The notes beneath the pieces were generated by a model. That model was given only the letters and a program-made list of their open reading frames with translations. It was not told the DNA's origin and made no database searches. From positions 581,081-613,080 of the forward strand of contig CAUQTV010000001.1 of the NCBI GenBank assembly GCA_963521185.1: a stretch of 32,000 nucleotides of DNA. Reading direction: 5' to 3'. Every line of letters starts with the position of its first letter. The stretch's first letter is position 1. The position numbers and the translations under genes were made by a program. The stretch comes from an uncultured Enterobacter sp. Lineage in GTDB: Bacteria > Pseudomonadota > Gammaproteobacteria > Enterobacterales > Enterobacteriaceae. Of the stretch, positions 28,645-32,000 are shown one piece after another.

Positions 28645-29745
28645 TCACGCAAATATCGTCATCAGATAGGCGATAAACAACGCCAGATGCGCCGCGCCGT
28701 TTAACACATTGGTGCGTCCGGTAGAGAACGAAATCTGGCACAGCAGTAACGAAGCCAGCATCACAATCATCTCCGGCCCGCCCAGGGCAAACATCAGCTC
28801 GTTACCCGTCGCCCAGGCAATCAGCGTCACCACCGGCACGGTAAGCGAAATCGTCGCCAGCACCGAGCCAAAGAACAGGTTCATTGCACGCTGGACCTGA
28901 TTATTCAGCACCGCACGCAGCGCACCCAAACCTTCCGGTGAGAGGATCAGCAGCGCCACCAGGAAGCCGGTAAATGCCACCGGCGCGTTCAGCTCGGTCA
29001 GCAGCGTCTCCAGCGGATTGGCGTTCACTTTGGTTACGGCAATGACTGCGATCAGGTGAATGATCAGCCAGACAGCGTGCCACAGGCTACTGTGCGCCGA
29101 CGGCTTACCGTGGTGCGGGTCGTCATCGTCGGCTTCATCTTCATGCTCATAAATGAACAGGCTCTGATGGGTTTTCGTCTGGATCAGCAGAAACACGCCG
29201 TACATCGCGGCGGAAATTAACGCCACCAGCAGCGCCTGCCCGGTAGTGAAATTGCCGCCAGGCAGCGCCATCGGAAATACCAGCACAATGATTGCCAGCG
29301 GGAACAGCGCAATTAAATATTGTTTAATGCCGAAAAGATTCATGTACTGCGTGGCAAATTTTTGCCCGCCCAGCAGCAGTGAAAAACCGACCAGGCCGCC
29401 GGTGACAATCATAATGATGGAATAGAGCGTGTCGCGCATCAGCGTAGGCGCGGCATCGCCGGTGGCCATTAACGCAGAAATCAGGCTAACTTCTAAGATC
29501 ACCACTGAAAGGCTTAAAATGAGCGAGCCGTACGGTTCACCGAGGCGGTGAGCCAGCACGTCGGCGTGGCGCACAACGCTAAACGCGCTGCATAAGATCC
29601 CCACCAGCGCCAGCAGGTTAATGCCGATGACCACTGGCAGTGACTGGCTACTTCCCCAGAAGAGCAGCACTGCCAGCGCCACCAGGGGAATGATGAGATA
29701 AGACTCCTTGTGGCGGGTTTTAACCGCCTCGTGTGCTGTTGGCAT
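28645..29745 (-). CDS. chaA: Ca2+/H+ (Na+,K+/H+) antiporter ChaA
   Basis: 366-aa polytopic protein with an acidic loop HEDEADDDDPHHGKPS. Conserved position opposite chaB. Confidence 0.93.
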   Translation of the reverse strand: MPTAHEAVKTRHKESYLIIPLVALAVLLFWGSSQSLPVVIGINLLALVGILCSAFSVVRHADVLAHRLGEPYGSLILSLSVVILEVSLISALMATGDAAPTLMRDTLYSIIMIVTGGLVGFSLLLGGQKFATQYMNLFGIKQYLIALFPLAIIVLVFPMALPGGNFTTGQALLVALISAAMYGVFLLIQTKTHQSLFIYEHEDEADDDDPHHGKPSAHSSLWHAVWLIIHLIAVIAVTKVNANPLETLLTELNAPVAFTGFLVALLILSPEGLGALRAVLNNQVQRAMNLFFGSVLATISLTVPVVTLIAWATGNELMFALGGPEMIVMLASLLLCQISFSTGRTNVLNGAAHLALFIAYLMTIFA

Positions 29746-30022
29746 TTGTTGAAACTCCCATTGGCAGGTGCGTTATTAGTATAGTGAAAAAATCTCAGGC
29801 ACTTAAAATACCAGATAAGCGATTACCGCCGTTTAAGGTTTACCTAATTTTACGGCAAATGGTGATTTTTACATTGAGAGCGTCATTTAAGTGAGACTTG
29901 TTTGAAATCTGTTTAGATTACATTGTATTGAAGATGGCTTATTTTAACTAATGTCGAGTTCCTGGCATCCCCGCTTATTCTCGACCACACTTATTCTTCC
30001 ATGTGAAAAAAGAGGGTCAGAT

Positions 30023-30253
30023 ATGCCGTATAAGTCAAAAGGTGAGTTGCCGGACAGCGTTCAGCACGTACTGCCTGCGCATGCGCAAGAGATCTACAAA
30101 GAAGCGTTTAACAGCGCCTGGGATCAATACAAGGACAAAGAGGACCGAAAGGATGATGCCAGCCGGGAAGAGACCGCGCACAAGGTGGCCTGGGCGGCGG
30201 TGAAGCATGATTACCAAAAAGGCGATGACGATAAATGGCATAAAAAAAAGTAA
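30023..30253 (+). CDS. chaB: Cation transport regulator ChaB
   Basis: MPYKSKGELPDSVQHVLPAHAQEIYKEAFNSAWDQYKDKEDR.DDASREETAHKVAWAAVKH.Y.KGDDDKWHKK matches the 76-aa E. coli ChaB. The internal ATG at 30023 is preferred over the listed 29951. Confidence 0.9.
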   Translation: MPYKSKGELPDSVQHVLPAHAQEIYKEAFNSAWDQYKDKEDRKDDASREETAHKVAWAAVKHDYQKGDDDKWHKKK

Positions 30254-30454
30254 CACACTGAAATCCGGTTGGTTAATAAATATTCTTCTCACACTGCCGA
30301 TAATCAAGATAGCGTCAGGCTGCACGTCCCCTTGCAAGCGGCCCATGAATTGCATATCGTCGTAACCTGTTGCTTTCTAAAAAGCAGCAAAAAGGCCTGG
30401 AAGGCGTCAAAAAAGTAGTCGCAGGGAAGCACGCAGTGGTGGAGGATGAAAAAG

Positions 30455-31150
30455 ATGTTAACCCGTGATTTCCTGATGAAGGCCGACTGCAAAACGGCCT
30501 TTGGCGATATTGAAGAGTCGTTGCTGTGGTCGGCAGAGCAGCGTGCAGCCTCGCTTGCGGCGACACTCGCCTGCAAGCCTGACGACGGCGCGGTGTGGAT
30601 TTTTGGCTATGGGTCGCTGATGTGGAACCCGGCGCTGGAGTACACCGAATCCGCTACCGGAACGCTTACGGGCTGGCACCGGGCGTTCTGTCTGCGCTTA
30701 ACCGCCGGACGCGGTAGCGCCTGTCAGCCTGGGCGTATGCTTGCACTGAAAGAGGGCGGTCGCACCACCGGCGTGGCTTACCGTCTGGCAGACGATACGC
30801 TAAATGACGAACTGACGCTGTTGTGGAAACGCGAAATGATCACCGGCTGCTATCTGCCAAGCTGGTGCAAATTGACCCTCGACGACGGTCGCACGGTGAA
30901 TGCGCTGGTGTTTATTATGGATCCGCGCCATGCGCTGTATGAGTCCGACACCCGCGCGCAGGTCATCGCCCCGCTGATTGCCGCCGCCAGCGGCCCGCTC
31001 GGCACCAACGCCCAGTACCTGTTCTCGCTGGAGCAGGAGCTTATCAAGCTTGGTATGCACGACGATTGCTTAAACGATCTGGTGGGAAAAGTGCGGATGT
31101 TAATTACCGGTGAGAAGCCGGGCCCGGAATTGCAGCCCGGTTTTGCCTGA
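30455..31150 (+). CDS. chaC: Glutathione-specific gamma-glutamylcyclotransferase ChaC
   Basis: M.TRDFLM.ADCKTAFG.IEESLLWSAEQRAASLAATLAC.PD.G.VWIFGYGSLMWNPALE matches E. coli ChaC. Start set at ATG 30455, by analogy with E. coli MITRDFLM; 30446 is the alternative. Confidence 0.9.
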   Translation: MLTRDFLMKADCKTAFGDIEESLLWSAEQRAASLAATLACKPDDGAVWIFGYGSLMWNPALEYTESATGTLTGWHRAFCLRLTAGRGSACQPGRMLALKEGGRTTGVAYRLADDTLNDELTLLWKREMITGCYLPSWCKLTLDDGRTVNALVFIMDPRHALYESDTRAQVIAPLIAAASGPLGTNAQYLFSLEQELIKLGMHDDCLNDLVGKVRMLITGEKPGPELQPGFA

Positions 31151-31157
31151 GAACGAA

Positions 31158-31403
31158 TCAGGCGGCAACGAAGCTGATGGAGTGCTCAAGCGACTGGCTA
31201 TGGCTGTCGATGAGCACGTTCCAGGTTCCGCTGTAGGGCACGGCCATATACGCACTGTTGCGATTCTGAACGCTTAAAATATCGGTCTGCGCGTCCGTCG
31301 CGCGACTTTTAGCGCTCATCAAATGAATGTGACACTTCTCGGAACAGCGGACCACCACTGTATCTCCACCAAATAACGTCAAACTTGCTTTAACCAGCGC
31401 CAT
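31158..31403 (-). CDS. Small hypothetical protein (DUF1883-like pattern)
   Basis: 81-aa ORF. GDTVVVRCSEKCHIHLMS ... MAVPYSGTWNVLID resembles the small beta-sandwich DUF1883 pattern as I recall it. It occupies the site where E. coli K-12 has ychN. Confidence 0.45.
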   Translation of the reverse strand: MALVKASLTLFGGDTVVVRCSEKCHIHLMSAKSRATDAQTDILSVQNRNSAYMAVPYSGTWNVLIDSHSQSLEHSISFVAA

Positions 31404-31563
31404 TTCTTAACCCCGTCAATAATCATAAAGCGCTCCATGCCGGATAATCCCGTGCGTGATGTTGTTCACAATTCACTCATGGCATAACACCAAATGGGCA
31501 GGGGGCGGATGCTGATTTTGATCAACGAATGGCGTAACGATTAAACAAAAATGACAAAATTCG

Positions 31564-31610
31564 AAAAAAAAGTGACAGCGGCGCGCAAAACTTAATGAAA
31601 TGCGCGCCGC
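31564..31610 (-). terminator. Rho-independent terminator after the chemoreceptor gene
   Basis: GCGGCGCGC (31578-31586) pairs with GCGCGCCGC (31602-31610). On the minus strand the hairpin is followed by TGTCAC and an 8-T run (31564-31571). It starts 8 nt after the stop at 31618. Confidence 0.7.
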
Positions 31611-31617
31611 GAAGAGA

Positions 31618-32000
31618 TTAAATGCGGAAATGCCCGGCGGTCTCCGCCAGCTCTGCCGCCTGCATTTGCAACGCATCGGCTGCGGCGGCGGATTGCACCA
31701 CCAGTTCGGCGTTCTGCTGCACCATGCGGTCAAGATCGATCACTGCGTGGTTGATCTCCTGAATCCCTTTCATCTGCTCGCTGGTGGCGACGGTGATTTC
31801 GCGCATGATCACCGACACGCTGTCGATGCTGGACACGATATCGCCCATGCTTTCCCCGGCCAGACGCACGTAGCGTGAGCCCGTGGAGACGCTCTCGGTG
31901 GTAGATTCAATCAGCGATTTGATCTCTTTCGCCGCCTGCGCGCTGCGGCTGGCAAGCGTGCGCACTTCGCCAGCCACCACCGCAAAACCGCGACCCTGTT
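31618..32000 (-). CDS. Methyl-accepting chemotaxis protein, C-terminal signalling domain (5' part outside window)
   Basis: The frame is open to the window edge (QGRGFAVVAGEVRTLASRSAQAAKEIK..., the highly conserved MCP hairpin-tip region). It ends ...ETAGHFRI, without an NWETF-type pentapeptide. Confidence 0.9.
   Translation of the reverse strand, partial: QGRGFAVVAGEVRTLASRSAQAAKEIKSLIESTTESVSTGSRYVRLAGESMGDIVSSIDSVSVIMREITVATSEQMKGIQEINHAVIDLDRMVQQNAELVVQSAAAADALQMQAAELAETAGHFRI

Noticed and set aside
30254-30454. Minus-strand ORFs (30304..30576, 30315..30566, 30035..30355) in and around the chaB-chaC spacer
   Set aside because: They overlap chaB or chaC in antisense, have no RBS and give low-complexity translations.

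Overview
Enterobacteriaceae-type chromosomal segment in two parts. The right half (about 16.1-32 kb) is the conserved housekeeping block known from E. coli K-12: ychF-pth / ychH / dauA-prs-ispE-lolB / hemA-prfA-prmC-sirB2-sirB1-kdsA / chaA / chaB-chaC. Its proteins are near-identical to the E. coli ones. It ends with a small DUF1883-like gene and the 3' end of a methyl-accepting chemotaxis protein gene. The left half (1-16.1 kb) is accessory and splits by composition. (a) 1-7.8 kb is very GC-rich and holds a tightly coupled operon: a TolC-family outer-membrane lipoprotein (5' end off-window), a small periplasmic adaptor, a second adaptor with an extra cytoplasmic N-domain, and an M50 (site-2-protease type) metalloprotease fused to an adaptor-like domain. 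Three tandem paralogous exported phage-tail-collar (MdpB-like) proteins follow. No ABC ATPase or other energising transporter is visible in the window. This is my best candidate for an undescribed system. (b) 7.8-11.2 kb holds an HTH-WYL regulator followed by a CbtA/YeeV-family toxin-like gene with no recognisable CbeA-type antitoxin, an orphan acidic protein, and an Xre(DUF2384)-RES toxin-antitoxin pair. (c) 11.2-16.1 kb is AT-rich cargo: a P-loop kinase-like protein, a small DUF6434-like protein, a cupin, an IS110-family transposase gene interrupted by an in-frame TAA at codon 6, and a GIY-YIG-like/Myb-like orphan. It abuts the ychF terminator. I saw no rRNA, tRNA or CRISPR array. Family assignments come from reading motifs and recalled similarity to known proteins, not from database searches.
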